A DNA stretch of 56,680 bases from Chiloscyllium plagiosum (Eukaryota), in the NCBI RefSeq assembly GCF_004010195.1, contig NC_057720.1:3964792-4021471 (forward strand), read 5' to 3'. The position numbers were made by a program, and so were the translations under genes. Within the stretch, counting starts at the first letter, position 1. The number at the start of each line of letters is the position of its first letter. Below the pieces are notes generated by a model. The model ran no database searches, was not told the origin of the DNA, and saw nothing but the letters and a program-made list of their open reading frames with translations. Below, piece by piece: positions 36,660 through 49,143 of the stretch.

Positions 36660-36866
36660 TTTGAAAAGCTAAGCACTGTTGCTGAGTGTCTTTTTTCTCT
36701 CATCAATGGTGATGACATGTTTGCAACATTCGCTGAAATTCAGGAGAAAAGTAACTTGCTCTGGCTGTTCAGCAGAGTCTACTTATATTCCTTCATCAGC
36801 CTGTTCATCTACATGGTCCTCAGTCTCTTCATTGCCCTCATCACTGATACTTATGAAACTATTAAG
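36660..36866 (+). CDS. MCOLN2: Mucolipin coding exon (pore helix, selectivity filter, S6)
   Basis: Long pyrimidine tract ccttccag|TTT...AAG|gtaagg. 207 nt, [69 protein letters not shown], with the NGDD filter intact. Confidence 0.98.
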
Positions 36867-38024
36867 GTAAGGATTAAAAATTAAACAAATAGACAGTAGC
36901 ATAGTTTTTTTGTGTAAAAGTTTTTTTTCATGTAATGACTGCATAGTTGCAAATTCCAGAATTTATTTTTTGTCCCAAATCACTGTTGAGACATTGATGA
37001 TGAAGAATTCCTTTATACTGCTACATGAGGTAACCTGCACCTACTTTACTACCGGGGAGGGAGTTCTACACTTTTGACCTGGGAATAGTGATATTGTTTC
37101 AATTAAGTCGGGATGGTTTCTGGCTTCAAAGGGAACTTGCAGAGGGTGGTATTCCCATATATCTGCTGCCCTTGTCCTTCTAGGTGGAAGTAGTTGTGGG
37201 TTTGGAAGGTGCTGTCTGAGGGTCTTTGGTGAATTTCTGCAGTGCATCTTGTAGATGGTACACACCGCTGCTACTGAGCATCAGTGGTGGATGTGGTACC
37301 AATCAAGTGGGGGCTGCTTTGTGCTCGATGGTGTCAAGCTTCTTGAGTGTTGTTGGAGCTGCACCCATCCAGGTGAGTGGGGATATTCCATCACACACCT
37401 GACTTGTACCTTGTAGCTGGTGGACAGGCTTTGAGGAGTCAGAAGGCACTGTGGGTCTACCTACAGCAGGTGGACTGCAGCGGTTCAAGAAGGCAGCTCA
37501 CCACCACTTTTTCGAGGGGTAACTAGGGATGGGCAATAAATGCTAGGCCCAGCCAATGACACTCTCATCCCTTGCGTGAATTAAAAAAAAATTCCCAGCA
37601 GTGCATTCAGTACCCGAATGACCCACTGAATGAAAAGGTTTTTTCTCCGATCACCCTTGCTCTGTTTGTACATCACTTTAAATCCATGTCATCTTATTCT
37701 TGTTCCTTTTATGAGTGGGAACAGTTTCTCCTGATTTACTCGATTAGGTTTCTCCCTACTTACTCTATTCATCCCACTCATGATTTTAAAAGCCTCCATC
37801 AGATCTCCTTCTTCTCTCCAAAGAGAACAGTCCCAACTTCTTCAGTCTATCCTCATCCCTGATGTTTCTCATCCCTGGAACCATTTTTGGAAATTGCTTG
37901 TGCACTCTCTATCCAATACATTCGGATATTTTCTAATAATCTGGCACCAATCCCTGTATGGAATACTTCAGCTGAGGTCTAACAAAGTGTTTTAAACAAG
38001 TTCAATATCACCTTCCTGCTCTTT

Positions 38025-38630
38025 GAACAAAGTACAGTACAGGCCCTTTGGCCCTCGATGTTGTGCCGACCTTCTATCCCACTCTAAGATCAGACTAACC
38101 TACATACACATTGTACTAACTTTCATGTGCCTATCTAAGAGTCACTTAAATGTCCCTAATGTTTCTGACTCTCCTACCACCACTGACAGTGAATTCCACA
38201 CACCCACCACTCTCTGTGTAAAGAACCTTTCTCCAATTACCTTAAAATTATACTCACTCATGATAGCCATTTCTGCCCTGGGAAAAAGTCTCTGGCTATC
38301 CACTCTATCTATGCTCCTCATCATCTTGTACATCTCTATCAAGTCACCTCTCATCCTTCTTCGCTCCAATGAGAAAAACCCTAGCTCCTTCGACCTTTCT
38401 TCAGCATCCTGGTAAATCTCCTCTCCACCCTCTCTACAACTTCCACATCCTTCCTATAATGAGGTGACTAGAACTGGACACAATATTCCAAGTGTGATCT
38501 AACCAGGGCTCTATAGAGCTGCAGCATAATCTAACAGCTCTTAAGCTCAATCCCCCTGCTAACGAAAGCCAACACATCATATACCTTCTTAACAACCCTA
38601 TCAAATTGGGTGACAACTTTGAGGGATCTA
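38025..38630 (-). mobile_element. CR1 3' portion
   Basis: ERRRMRGDLIEMYKMMR..DRVD...FFTQRVVGVWNSL. Confidence 0.88.
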
Positions 38631-39084
38631 TGGGTATTGTTTCTCCACACGGCCAAGAATTCTGCCTTTCACCCTGTATTTTTGTAGGCTATGCTCCATT
38701 AATAAAACTGAGGACACTGTCTCAGAACACCTCTCATACAGCTTTTCCTTCATGTCATCCCTGCATCTTTTGCACATTATCTAAAATCAGTGTCTGTCTG
38801 TCACTGCACCTCCTGTGACCAAAAGCATTTTCTCCTTGTACACTCAGTCACAAGTTTTTGTGATCTTAAACACTTCCATTTAGTCTCCTCTTAACCTTTT
38901 CTGCTGTAGGGACAATAATCTTAGCCTCTCCTGATCATTGAAACCAGTAACAGAGAGCAGTCAAATTTGGAAGCGTCTACACTGGTCTGAACTGGAATTC
39001 CATTTTGCGGGAATTTGTCAAATTCATTATTTCCACATTTTATTGGTTTGTCCCTTTATTTTTATTTGTGAGGCATGGGCATTG

Positions 39085-39855
39085 CTCAATATGACCCACC
39101 CTCCCATCCTGGCACTTTCCCCTGCCACCGCAGGAACTGTAAAACCTGTGCCCACACCTCCTCCCTCACCTCCATCCAAGGCCCTAAAGGAGCTTTCCAC
39201 ATCCATCAAAGTTTTACCTGCACATCCACTAATATCATCTATTGTATCCGTTGCTCCCGATGCGGTCTCCTCGACATTGGGGAGACTGGACGCCTCCTAG
39301 CAGAGCGCTTTAGGGAACATCTCCGAGACACCCGCACCAATCAACCAAACGGCCCTGTGGCTCAACATTTCAACTCCCCCTCCCACTCTGCCGAGGATAT
39401 GGAGGTGCTGGGCCTCCTCCACCGCCGCTCCCTCACCACCAGACGCCTGGAGGAGGAACGCCTCATCTTCAGCCTCGGAACACTTCAACCCCAGGGCATC
39501 AATGTGGATTTCAACAGTTTCCTCATTTCCCCTTCCCCCACCTCATCCTAGTTTCTAACCTCCAGCTACTCGATCCCCTGACTTGTCCGGACTTGTCCGA
39601 CCTGCTCAGCTCCTTTTCCACCTATGCACTCCACCCTCTCCTCCCTGACCTATCACCTTCATCTCCTTCCCCACTGACCTATTGTACTCTATGCTACTCT
39701 CTCCCCACCCCCACCCTCCTCTAGCTTATCTCTCCACGCTTCAGGCTCTCTGCCTTTATTCCTGATGAAGGGCTTTTGTCCGAAACGTCGATTTTGCCTG
39801 TCCTCGGATGAAGCCTGAATTGCTGTGCTCTTCCAGCACCACTGATCCAGAATTG
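39085..39855 (+). mobile_element. Penelope-like element (Neptune-type): Cys-rich linker + GIY-YIG endonuclease + pLTR
   Basis: PC.R.NCKTC linker, then NIIYCIRCSRCGLL(D)IGETGR..ERFREH..HF..LGTLQPQGIN. The YIG Tyr is mutated to Asp and the element is 5'-truncated (no RT). Confidence 0.92.
39758..39793 (+). ncRNA. Minimal type-I hammerhead ribozyme motif in Penelope pLTR
   Basis: AUUC-CUGAUGA-A-GGGC-UUUU-GUCC-GAAAC-GUC-GAUU: core intact, 4-bp stem II, palindromic ACGU helix III, predicted cleavage after C39789. Confidence 0.75.
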
Positions 39856-39963
39856 CTCAATGAAAGCTGCATTTATTACCCATTCTTTATTGCCCCTTGA
39901 GAAGGTGGGGGTGAGCTGCCTTCTGGAACTGCTGTAGTTGGTGTGCTGTAGGTTGACCCACAA

Positions 39964-40463
39964 NNNNNNNNNNNNNNNNNNNNNNNNNNNNNNNNNNNNN
40001 NNNNNNNNNNNNNNNNNNNNNNNNNNNNNNNNNNNNNNNNNNNNNNNNNNNNNNNNNNNNNNNNNNNNNNNNNNNNNNNNNNNNNNNNNNNNNNNNNNNN
40101 NNNNNNNNNNNNNNNNNNNNNNNNNNNNNNNNNNNNNNNNNNNNNNNNNNNNNNNNNNNNNNNNNNNNNNNNNNNNNNNNNNNNNNNNNNNNNNNNNNNN
40201 NNNNNNNNNNNNNNNNNNNNNNNNNNNNNNNNNNNNNNNNNNNNNNNNNNNNNNNNNNNNNNNNNNNNNNNNNNNNNNNNNNNNNNNNNNNNNNNNNNNN
40301 NNNNNNNNNNNNNNNNNNNNNNNNNNNNNNNNNNNNNNNNNNNNNNNNNNNNNNNNNNNNNNNNNNNNNNNNNNNNNNNNNNNNNNNNNNNNNNNNNNNN
40401 NNNNNNNNNNNNNNNNNNNNNNNNNNNNNNNNNNNNNNNNNNNNNNNNNNNNNNNNNNNNNNN
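39964..40463. other. Assembly gap (500 N)
   Basis: Run of N. Confidence 1.
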
Positions 40464-40874
40464 AAGACAGAGATTCTTGTGAGGCAGGGAATCCAGGATC
40501 TATGGGGTTAGATGGGAATTGAGGGCTGAGGGGGTTAGTTGGGAATTGTGGGGTGATGGGGTTAGATGGGAATGTAGAATTCATCACATAAACACACCAA
40601 CCATGATCTTATTGAATAGCAAAACAGTCTCGTGGCTGAAGGTTCTTTTTCAGCTCATATTTATGATGTTCATATGAGTTCCCATTAATAAGGGAATGTA
40701 TGTATCAACTGCCCTGTTGTGGATCTTGAGTCACACAGAGCCGACAGGGTAATGAATCCTTCTCGAGAGGATATTAACAATCCACTGCTGTCCTGTACAA
40801 TTGTTTATTCTACATAAATACAAGAGACAGGGGTCATGTTTATTAACTCTTCCCTATTGGATTTCATGTTACAG

Positions 40875-40954
40875 AAATTTCAACTGAATGGATTTCCACA
40901 GACAGACCTCCACATTTTCATGAGAGTCTGCACAATGACACCTGAACTGAGCAG
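40875..40954 (+). CDS. MCOLN2: Mucolipin penultimate coding exon (cytosolic C-tail)
   Basis: tgttacag|AAA...GCAG|gtaaca. 80 nt, KFQLNGFPQTDLHIFMRVCTMTPELS(R). KFQ.NGFP.TDL is MCOLN2-like. Ends phase 2. Confidence 0.9.
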
Positions 40955-42595
40955 GTAACAGTTAGACAAGACAGTGATTTACAGATTTGTTTGAATCAGA
41001 TCCACTCAATGAATGGTGGAACCAGGAAGATCCACCACCTATGAATTAATCAGAAAAGTCATGGTTGTAATGTAGGCAATAGAGCAGCCGGTTTATGTAT
41101 TACCAGCTCCCACAAGCAATATTGTGGCAGTCAGTTTGTATTCTGTTCCAGTGCATTGTTTTGGCAGCCTGTGATTACCAGGAGGAGAAAAACCATCAGA
41201 ACTATACCTAACGTTCATGGCTTTTCAAGTTTCCTTTTCTGCCTGTTTTAATATACAGTCTTAGGCTCAAAAACAAAGGCTATCTCCATGGAGATGGAGC
41301 TGTGAATTGTTTTCTCTCAGAGAGTTATGAATCTGAGGAACTCTCTTCATTTTGGGGAGAACGTGAGGGGGCAGGGTGATAGGGTGTTTTTAAGGTGGCA
41401 GTAAATAGATTCTTAACTAATGAGGGAGTCAATGGGGATGTGGGCACTGATGCCACAATCAGACCAAACATGATCTTGTTGAGTGGGGAGGTAGGCTTTG
41501 AGGAGTAGAATGGCCTACTCCTGGACCTAATTTGTATATGCTACCAGATATTGCTGGAAAAAATCAGCAAGTCTGATAGGATTTGTGGAGAGACAACAGA
41601 ATTCACGTTTTGGGTCCAGTGACCCTTCTTCAGAAATGACTCTTAAGTGCCCTGTGAAACAGCCCTGGCAAGGCACTCAATTCAAGGGTAACTCAGGATA
41701 GTCAACAGATGCTGTCCTAACCGTGATGCCCACATCCCATAAAAGATCGAGAGAAACAAACTAGAGGTTAAATTCCAAGAAAGGAAAATCTGGGGAAAAG
41801 GTTGGTGTATAAGGTTGATGATGGGTGTGGTGGAAGGGGAAAAGGAGTAAACAATCTCTTGTGGTCTTCTCTACATTGAGGTGACAAAGCTCAGACTGGG
41901 TGAACACTTTGCAGAATACCTATGTTATGACGGCAAAGGTGAGCCCGAGTTTCTGGTTACCTGCTATTTCAGCTCACCATCATGTTCCCAAGAATGACAA
42001 TACATTCATGGCCAGCTTTAACTCAATTCCAGATTTTTAGTGGATTGAAATTCTCCCATCTGCCGTGGTGGTATTCAAGCCCATTACCCATGGGTTAACA
42101 ATCTAACGATAATACCACTAGGGTATCAGCTTGAGGCAGCAGATTTGAAAGTGAAAGGAAGTGTGTGAATGTGATTGGCCTGTTATACACAAATGTCAAT
42201 TCCAGATGGATTGGAAAAGGAGAAGTAACAGAAAGGAGGTGGAAATAATCAGAGTTGGTCCAGTTTGGATTCCAGAACCAGCTTTGAAAATCCAGTCTCT
42301 GCGAATTCAGCCCTGTCCACTGGCTTTCCACAAACCGAGTCTAATTCTGAGTTGAAGAGATACTGGTCTCCTTGATTATCCTTATTGATGTTTTGATTGA
42401 ATTAATCACTTTAATGCTGGTCTTGCCGTTGATCAGCTGCATACCTGGTGATTATATTGGCAGATCTTGTTGCTTGTCTCATTACTTGAGTGTTATGTGA
42501 GCTATTTTCAGGCGCTTTGTAGAATATAACATTTTAACAACAGTCAGGAGGGATGATCAGTGGGAGTGCTTTGTCCAGTCGTTAGATTGAGTGTA

Positions 42596-44110
42596 GTTGT
42601 ATAGGATTTTGGTTCGGCCACATTTGGAATACTGTGTACAGTACTGGGTGCCACATTACCAAAAGGATGTGGATGCTTTGGAGAGGGTGCAGAGGAGGTT
42701 CACCAGGATGTTGCCTGGTATGGACGGCACTAGCTATGAAGCGAGGTTGAGTAGATTAAGATTATTTTCATCAGAAAGACAGAGGTTGAGGGAGGACCTG
42801 ATTGAAGTCTACAAAATATAACATAGAACATAGAACAATACAGTGCAGAACAGGCCCTCGATGTTGCGCGGACCTGTGAACTAATGTAAGCTCATCCCCC
42901 TATACTATTCCATCATCATCCATTTGCTTATCCATATGTTTAAATCTCCCTAATGTGGCTCAGTTAACTACATTAGCAGGCAGGGCATTCCACGCCCTTA
43001 CCACTCTCTGAGTAAAGAACCTGCCTCTGACATCTGTCTTAAATCTATCACCCCTCAATTTGTAGTTATGCCCCCTCATACACACTGACATCATCATCGT
43101 CCTAGGAAAAAGGCTTTCACTGTCTACCCTATCTAATCCTCTGATCATCTTGTATGTCTCTATCAAATCCCCTCTTAGCCTTTTTTCCAATGAGAACAGA
43201 CCTAAATCTCTCAGCCTTTCCTCATAAGACCTTCCCTCCAGACTAGGCAACATCCTGGTAAATCTCCTCTGCACCTTTTCCTATGCTTCCACATCCTTCC
43301 CAAAATATGGGGACCAGAACTGTACACAATATTTCAAGTGTGGCCGCACTAGCGTTTTGTATAGTTGCAGCATGACATTGTGGCTCCGGAACTCAATCCC
43401 TCTACCAATGAAACCTAACACACCATGTGCCTTGTTAACAGCACTATCCACCTGGGTGGCAACTTTCAGGGATCTACATACGTGGACTCCAAAATCCCTC
43501 TGCGCATCTACTCTACCAAGAATCTTTCCATTGACCCAGTACTCTGCCTTCCTGTTATTCTTCCCAAAGTGAATCACCTCACATTTAGCTGCATTGAACT
43601 CCATTTGCCACCTCTCAGCCCAATTCTGCAGTTTATCCAAGTCCCCCTGCAACCTGTAACATTCTTCCACACTGTCCAATTCTCCACCAACTTTACTATC
43701 ATTTGCAAACTTAGTAACCCATCCACCTGTGCCTGCATCTGAGTCATTTATAAAAATCATGAGAGGTATAGAAAGGGTGGATAGCAAGAAGCTTTTTCCC
43801 AGAGTGGGGGAGTCTATTACTAGGGATCATGAGTTCAAGCTGAGAGGAGAAAAGATTAGGGGAGATATGCATGGAAAGTTCTTTATGTAGAGGGTGGTGG
43901 GTGCCTGGAATGCATTGCCAGGGGAGGTGGTAAAGGTGGGCACCATAGCATCATTTAAGATGTATCTAGACAGATACATGAATGGGCAGGGAGCAGAGGG
44001 ATACAGATCCTTAAAAAATAGGCGACAGGTTTAGATAAAGGATCTGGATCGGAGCAGGCTTGGAGGGCCGAAGGGCCTGTTCCTGTGCTGTAATTTTCTT
44101 TGTTCTTTGA
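42596..44110 (+). mobile_element. CR1 3' portion (+) with a nested antisense CR1 (42820-43752, -)
   Basis: The host ORF ...EDLIEVYKI|MRGIERVD is split at aaaat (duplicated). The insert has FINDSD..KFANDSK..HLKYCVQFWSP and a (ttctatg)n tail. Confidence 0.9.
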
Positions 44111-46182
44111 GATGTCTTACACACTGTAAATTGACTAAGGCTGATTAAAACTCAAATTACAGATTTTTCTTTCTCAGAATTTAAAACTCAAGTTTGTTTC
44201 TCAGTTAGAGCATCACTGTTAGAGCCAGCATTTGTTGCCCGTTCCTAATTAGCCTTGAACTGAATGCCTATACCAGGGCTGTTTTGGAGAGCAGTTAAGA
44301 GCTAACCACATTGCTGTGAGTCTGGAGTCATATGTAGATCAGACCAGGTAAGGATGGCAGAGTTCCTTCCCTAAAGGACATTGGGCAATCAGATGGGTTT
44401 TAGTTTTGACTTGCATACACTGGCTGGAATTTACTTCTACACTAATGAAGAAGCCCCTAATGAGAGGAATTTGCAAGATTTTCCTCTCTCTTTATTTAGT
44501 CTGGTTAGTTGTTGTCTCCCCAGATGGTATTACGGTTGTTGTTGAGTTGGCCTGGCCTTCATGATGCTTTATCTCACAACAGTCGGGCAGGCAGTGAACA
44601 ACCTGGCCTGTTCCTGTTCCACACTCAGGCTGTTGGTGGTAGTGTAGAGTTAATGTCACTCACTGGGCTCTGAATCCAGCAGACCATGTCATTGCTGCTG
44701 GGACTGGGGTTCAAATTCCACCCCAAGTGCTGGTGGAATTCAAACTCACTGGAGAGATCTGATATTGAAAGCTCATGACCATGGAAACCGATTCAACCAT
44801 AAATTTCAAAATAGCATTCTTTGTATACTGAACCGAAGGACATTTGAACTGATGGGAAAGGGTCAAGGAAGTCTCTTTGATAGCCTAAGCAAAGAGTTAG
44901 GACAGGGTGGAATGGCCTGTTTGGAGCTGTACATTTCTATAACTGTTTGATAAAATAGCAAAAAAGAAATCCAACAGTGAATTCAGGAAACAAAACATCT
45001 TATCCAGATAGCGGTGAGATCATGTAGTTCACGACCATAAGGTAAGGCTGAGATACATTAAAAAGGAAGGGAGATAACACAATCAGGAGATAGGAGTAAG
45101 GAGGATTTGCTGATTGGTTAGAGGAAGATGGTGAGAGGAGGCCTGGGTGGACTCACCAGCCCAGGCCCATTGGGCGGAATGGCCTGTTCTCGTGCATTAG
45201 TCTGTATGGAAGACCCAATACTATCATAAAGTGGGTGCAATAGCAGGGAAGATGTGAGATCAATTGACAAACACAACCCATTAAACCTTGCTGAAACATT
45301 ATTCACGTACAGAGTTACTTTTAAACTTGCAACATTCCAGGGATGCACTGACATACAAGGAATCAAAGGGAGTGAAAAGATAAAGTGTGGAACTGGACTG
45401 AGGCCTCAATCCGATCAGCTATGATCTCGATGAATGACGGAATCAGGAACATCCACCTCCTATGAATTAATCAAAAAAGTCACGGTTGTAATGTCGGAAA
45501 TAGAGCAGTCGGTTTATGTATCACCAGCTCCCACAAGCAATATTGTGGGAATGGGCTTGTATTCTGTTCCAATGATGTTGGTTGAGAAATAAATATTGAC
45601 CAGAGCACCAGAGTGTCTTCTTGGGACAGTGGTTCTCACATCTTTCATGTTCACCTGAGATGGAGAGTGTCTTCATTTGAAGTCTCATCCACAAGAGCAA
45701 ACCTCTGACAATGCAGCATGGCCTCAGGACAGCATTGGAAGGTCGCCTGTTATGTTCCCAACTGATTTATCACTGGACAAATCAGATTCCAAAGTTAAAT
45801 CTGGCTGGATGGATCTGATTTTGTTTTCCAATCTAACACTGTGGACTTTCAGTAAAACATAAGCACGCCAAGCTGCAGATTTGGTTTCAACAATAGAAAG
45901 AAGTTTGTCATTCCAAAGAATGGTAAGTAAAATAAAACAACCCAAGCTCTTTACATATCATGCACTTTAAAAGATTTCAAGCACCTGGTAAAACAATATC
46001 CCTTCAGTCACCAGCACCATCACTTGCCAGTTTATTTAAATCCAGAGAAATGTATCTTCCCTATCAAATCTGTAGGGTTGATTTAACCATTTCTTCTCAG
46101 TTCTAATCTTGGTCAGGTCATTTTCAACCTGGATGAAAGCTTTCTCACCTCTGATTTTAGCTTAGAAATAAACAATCCTCAA

Positions 46183-46970
46183 CGGCTGAGAAGTTGCAGA
46201 TGGAGTTTAATTTAGATAACTGTGAGGTGCTGCATTTTGGGAAAGCAAATCTTAGCAGGACTTATACACTTAATGGTAAAGTCCTAGGGAGTGCTGCTGA
46301 ACAGAGACCTTGGGGTGGAGTCGCAGGTAGATAGGATAGTGAAGAAGGCATTTGGTATGCTTTCCTTTACTGGTCAGAGTATTGAGTACAGGAGTTTGGA
46401 GGTCATGCTGCGGACATTGGTTCGGCCACTGTTGGAATATTGCGTGCAATTCTGATCTTCCTATCGGAAAGATGTTGTGAAACTTGAAAGGGTTCAAAAA
46501 GATTTACAAGGATGTTGCCAGGGTTGGAGAATTTGAGTTATAGGGAGAAGTTGAATAGGCTAGGGCCTATTTTACCTGGAACATCGGAGGCTGAGGGGTG
46601 ACCTTAGAGGTTTATAAAATCATGAGGGGCATGGATAGGATAAATAGACAAAGTCTTTTCCCTGGGGTGGGGGAGTCCAGAACTAGAGGGCATTGGTTTA
46701 GGGTGAAAGGGGAAAGATGTAAAAAAGACCGAAGGGGCAAATTTTTCACGCAGAGGGTGGTACGTGTATGGAATGAGCTGCCAGAGGAAGTGGTGGAGGC
46801 TGATACAATTGCAACATTAAAAAGGCATCTGGATGGGTATATGATTAGGAAGGGTTTAGAGGGATATGGGCTGGGTGCTGGCAGGTGGGACTATATTGAG
46901 TAGGATATCTGGTCGACATGGACAGGTTGGACCGAAGTTGTTTCCGTGCTGTACATCTCTATGACTCTAA
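46183..46970 (+). mobile_element. CR1 3' portion
   Basis: VYKIMRGMDRINRQSLFPGVGESRTRG...WNELPEEVV. Confidence 0.92.
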
Positions 46971-47409
46971 AAGTGAGGTATTGATTTCAATGGTTTTTCT
47001 CTCTCCTGTCATAATATCCCTCAGCATAAACATTCCATTAATACTTTGGGAGGTCTTTACTCATCTGCTGTCTGGCAGAACCAGTTTAAAATAATTGGTC
47101 CAAAAAGACTGACCTAGTTAATTATGAATTAGTTAACAGAACTAGTTAATTCACTCAAGTGGTCAGTGTTTGGAATGTACTGTCTGACAATGTGGGAAAG
47201 GCAAATTTTATTGTATAAATTGTTCAGTGTTCTAGATTCAAACTTATCTGTTGTCCAGTATAATTGAACCATAACTTCCCTTAAAAAATGTTTTGGTATT
47301 CAATTCTACTTGCAATGAAAAATAACATTCTATTATCTTTCCGAATTACTTGCTGTACCTGCATAATATTTCTGATTCATGCACAAGGAACCTTGTGAAC
47401 TGTAGCCAG

Positions 47410-48783
47410 TGGAGTTCTGTAGGGATTAGTGCTGGGACTGGAATTGTTTGTAATATGTTAATGAGTTGGAGGATGGAAGCGAATGTACTGTAGTCACATT
47501 TACAGATAATACTAAAACAGGTGGCAAGGCAGGTTGTGAGAGGGATACAAACAGTTTACAGACAGATACTGATAGGTTCAGTAAGTGGGCCAATATTTGG
47601 AAAATGGAGTACAATGTGGGAAAAAGTGAAGTTGTTCAATTTGAAAAGGAGAACCAGTTTAAAATAATTGGTCCAAAAAGACAGACCTAGTTAATTATGA
47701 ATTAGTTAACAGAACTAGTTAATTCACTCAAGTGGTCAGTGTGGCTCAGTGGTTAGCACGGCTGCCTCACAGCAACAGAGACCCAGGTTCGATTCCAGCC
47801 TTGGGCAACTGACTGTGTGGAGTTTGCACATTCTCCCCGTGTCTGTGTGGGTTTCCTCCGGGCGCTCCGGTTTCCTCCCATGGTCCAAAGAAGTGCAGGT
47901 TAGGTGAATTGACCATGCTAAATTGCCCATAGTGTTAGGTAAAGGAGTAAATTTAGGGGAATGGGTCTGGGTGAGTTGCTCTTCGGAGGGTCGGTGTGGA
48001 CTTGTTGGGCCGAAGCGCCTGTTTCCCCATTGTAAGTAATCTAATCTAATCAAACAGAATTTTATTTAAACAGAGAAAAACTGGAGAAAGCTGCAACACA
48101 AAGGGACTTGAGGGGAAATTGTGCACAGAAACACAGAAAGCCAGCACACAGGGACAGCAGGTAATTGGGAAGGCTAATGGAATGTTGGCCCTTATTTCAA
48201 GAGGGTTGGAGTATAAGAGTAGAGAAGTCTAACTGCGATTGTACAAGGTGCTGGTGAGATCACACCTGGAGCATTGTGAGCAGTTTTGGTCTCTTACTTA
48301 AGGAAAAATATCATTTCACTGGTGGTAGTTCAGGGAAGGTTCATTGGGATGATCCCTGGGATGGAAGGATTGTTTTATGGGCAAAGGTTAAATAGATTAG
48401 GACTGTACTCACTGGAGTTTATAAGAATGAGAGGTGACCTCACTGTAACATATCAGATTCTTAAGGGGCTTGACAGGGTCAATGCTGAGAGGATGTTCCT
48501 TTGGGAGGGCACAGTCTCATAATTAAGGAATGCTAATTTAAGACTTGAGATGAGAAGGAATTTCTTCTGTCAGAATGTTACAAGTCTTTGGGACTCCTTG
48601 CTGTAGTGCAAACTCCTTGTGTATATTTAAGGCTAAAATAGATCAGTCTGGGAATCGAGAGTTACAGGGAAAGAGCAGGAACATGGATGTGAGGAATGTC
48701 AGAGCAGCCTTGCTCCTTTTGATTGGTGGAGCAGGATTGAGGGGCTAAATGGCCTCGTCCTGTTCCTATTTCCTATGATCTTG
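47410..48783 (+). mobile_element. Old CR1 fragment interrupted by an HE1 SINE (47741-48051) plus a 93-bp local duplication
   Basis: FTDNTKTGG...WKMEYNVGKSEVV before the insertion, and RLNRLGLYSLEF.RMRGDL after it. Confidence 0.85.
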
Positions 48784-48801
48784 CACCGAGATCCCTTCGT
48801 A

Positions 48802-49020
48802 CAGTCGGTTCTGTTATAATATGGTAGTTCCATTCTTGTGTGATCCCATGTTATAAGAAAATCGTGTCATAGCAGCAGCATTTAAACTAAAAGAGCCGGA
48901 GTTGCGTTATAACCAATACGTGCTTTAAACGTTTGTACTTTAGAAGCAGTGTCCCTAGTTCATCCATTGCGTTCTAGTGAATTTGCATTGACGAAACCCT
49001 TGTTATAGCAGAATGACCTG
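48802..49020. mobile_element. Tc1/mariner (Tigger/pogo-like) MITE
   Basis: TA|CAGTCGGTTCTGTTATAA ... TTATAGCAGAATGACCTG|TA: imperfect 18-bp TIRs starting CAG, with TA target duplication. Confidence 0.75.
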
Positions 49021-49143
49021 TAACTCAAAACTGCTGTGTTGGTGAAACTGACCAGCAGGGGAAGGGACATTGTTTTTAACTGCCTTGCTATGGACATGAC
49101 TTGCAAAAATGTATCACCTTTAACAGGAAACCTCTTTCCACAG

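Noticed and set aside
39075..39551. Intact 158-aa GIY-YIG nuclease as a domesticated gene
   Set aside because: It is a 5'-truncated PLE fragment, its ATG comes from flanking DNA, and the YIG tyrosine is mutated to Asp.
39721..40587. 288-aa and 194-aa ORFs
   Set aside because: Artefacts of translating through 500 Ns.
45853..45922. Possible extra exon before a perfect ATG|gtaagt donor in the last intron
   Set aside because: Each upstream AG tested gives an in-frame stop or a phase that destroys the EDDQLLI ending, and there is no mucolipin similarity. At most a cryptic exon.
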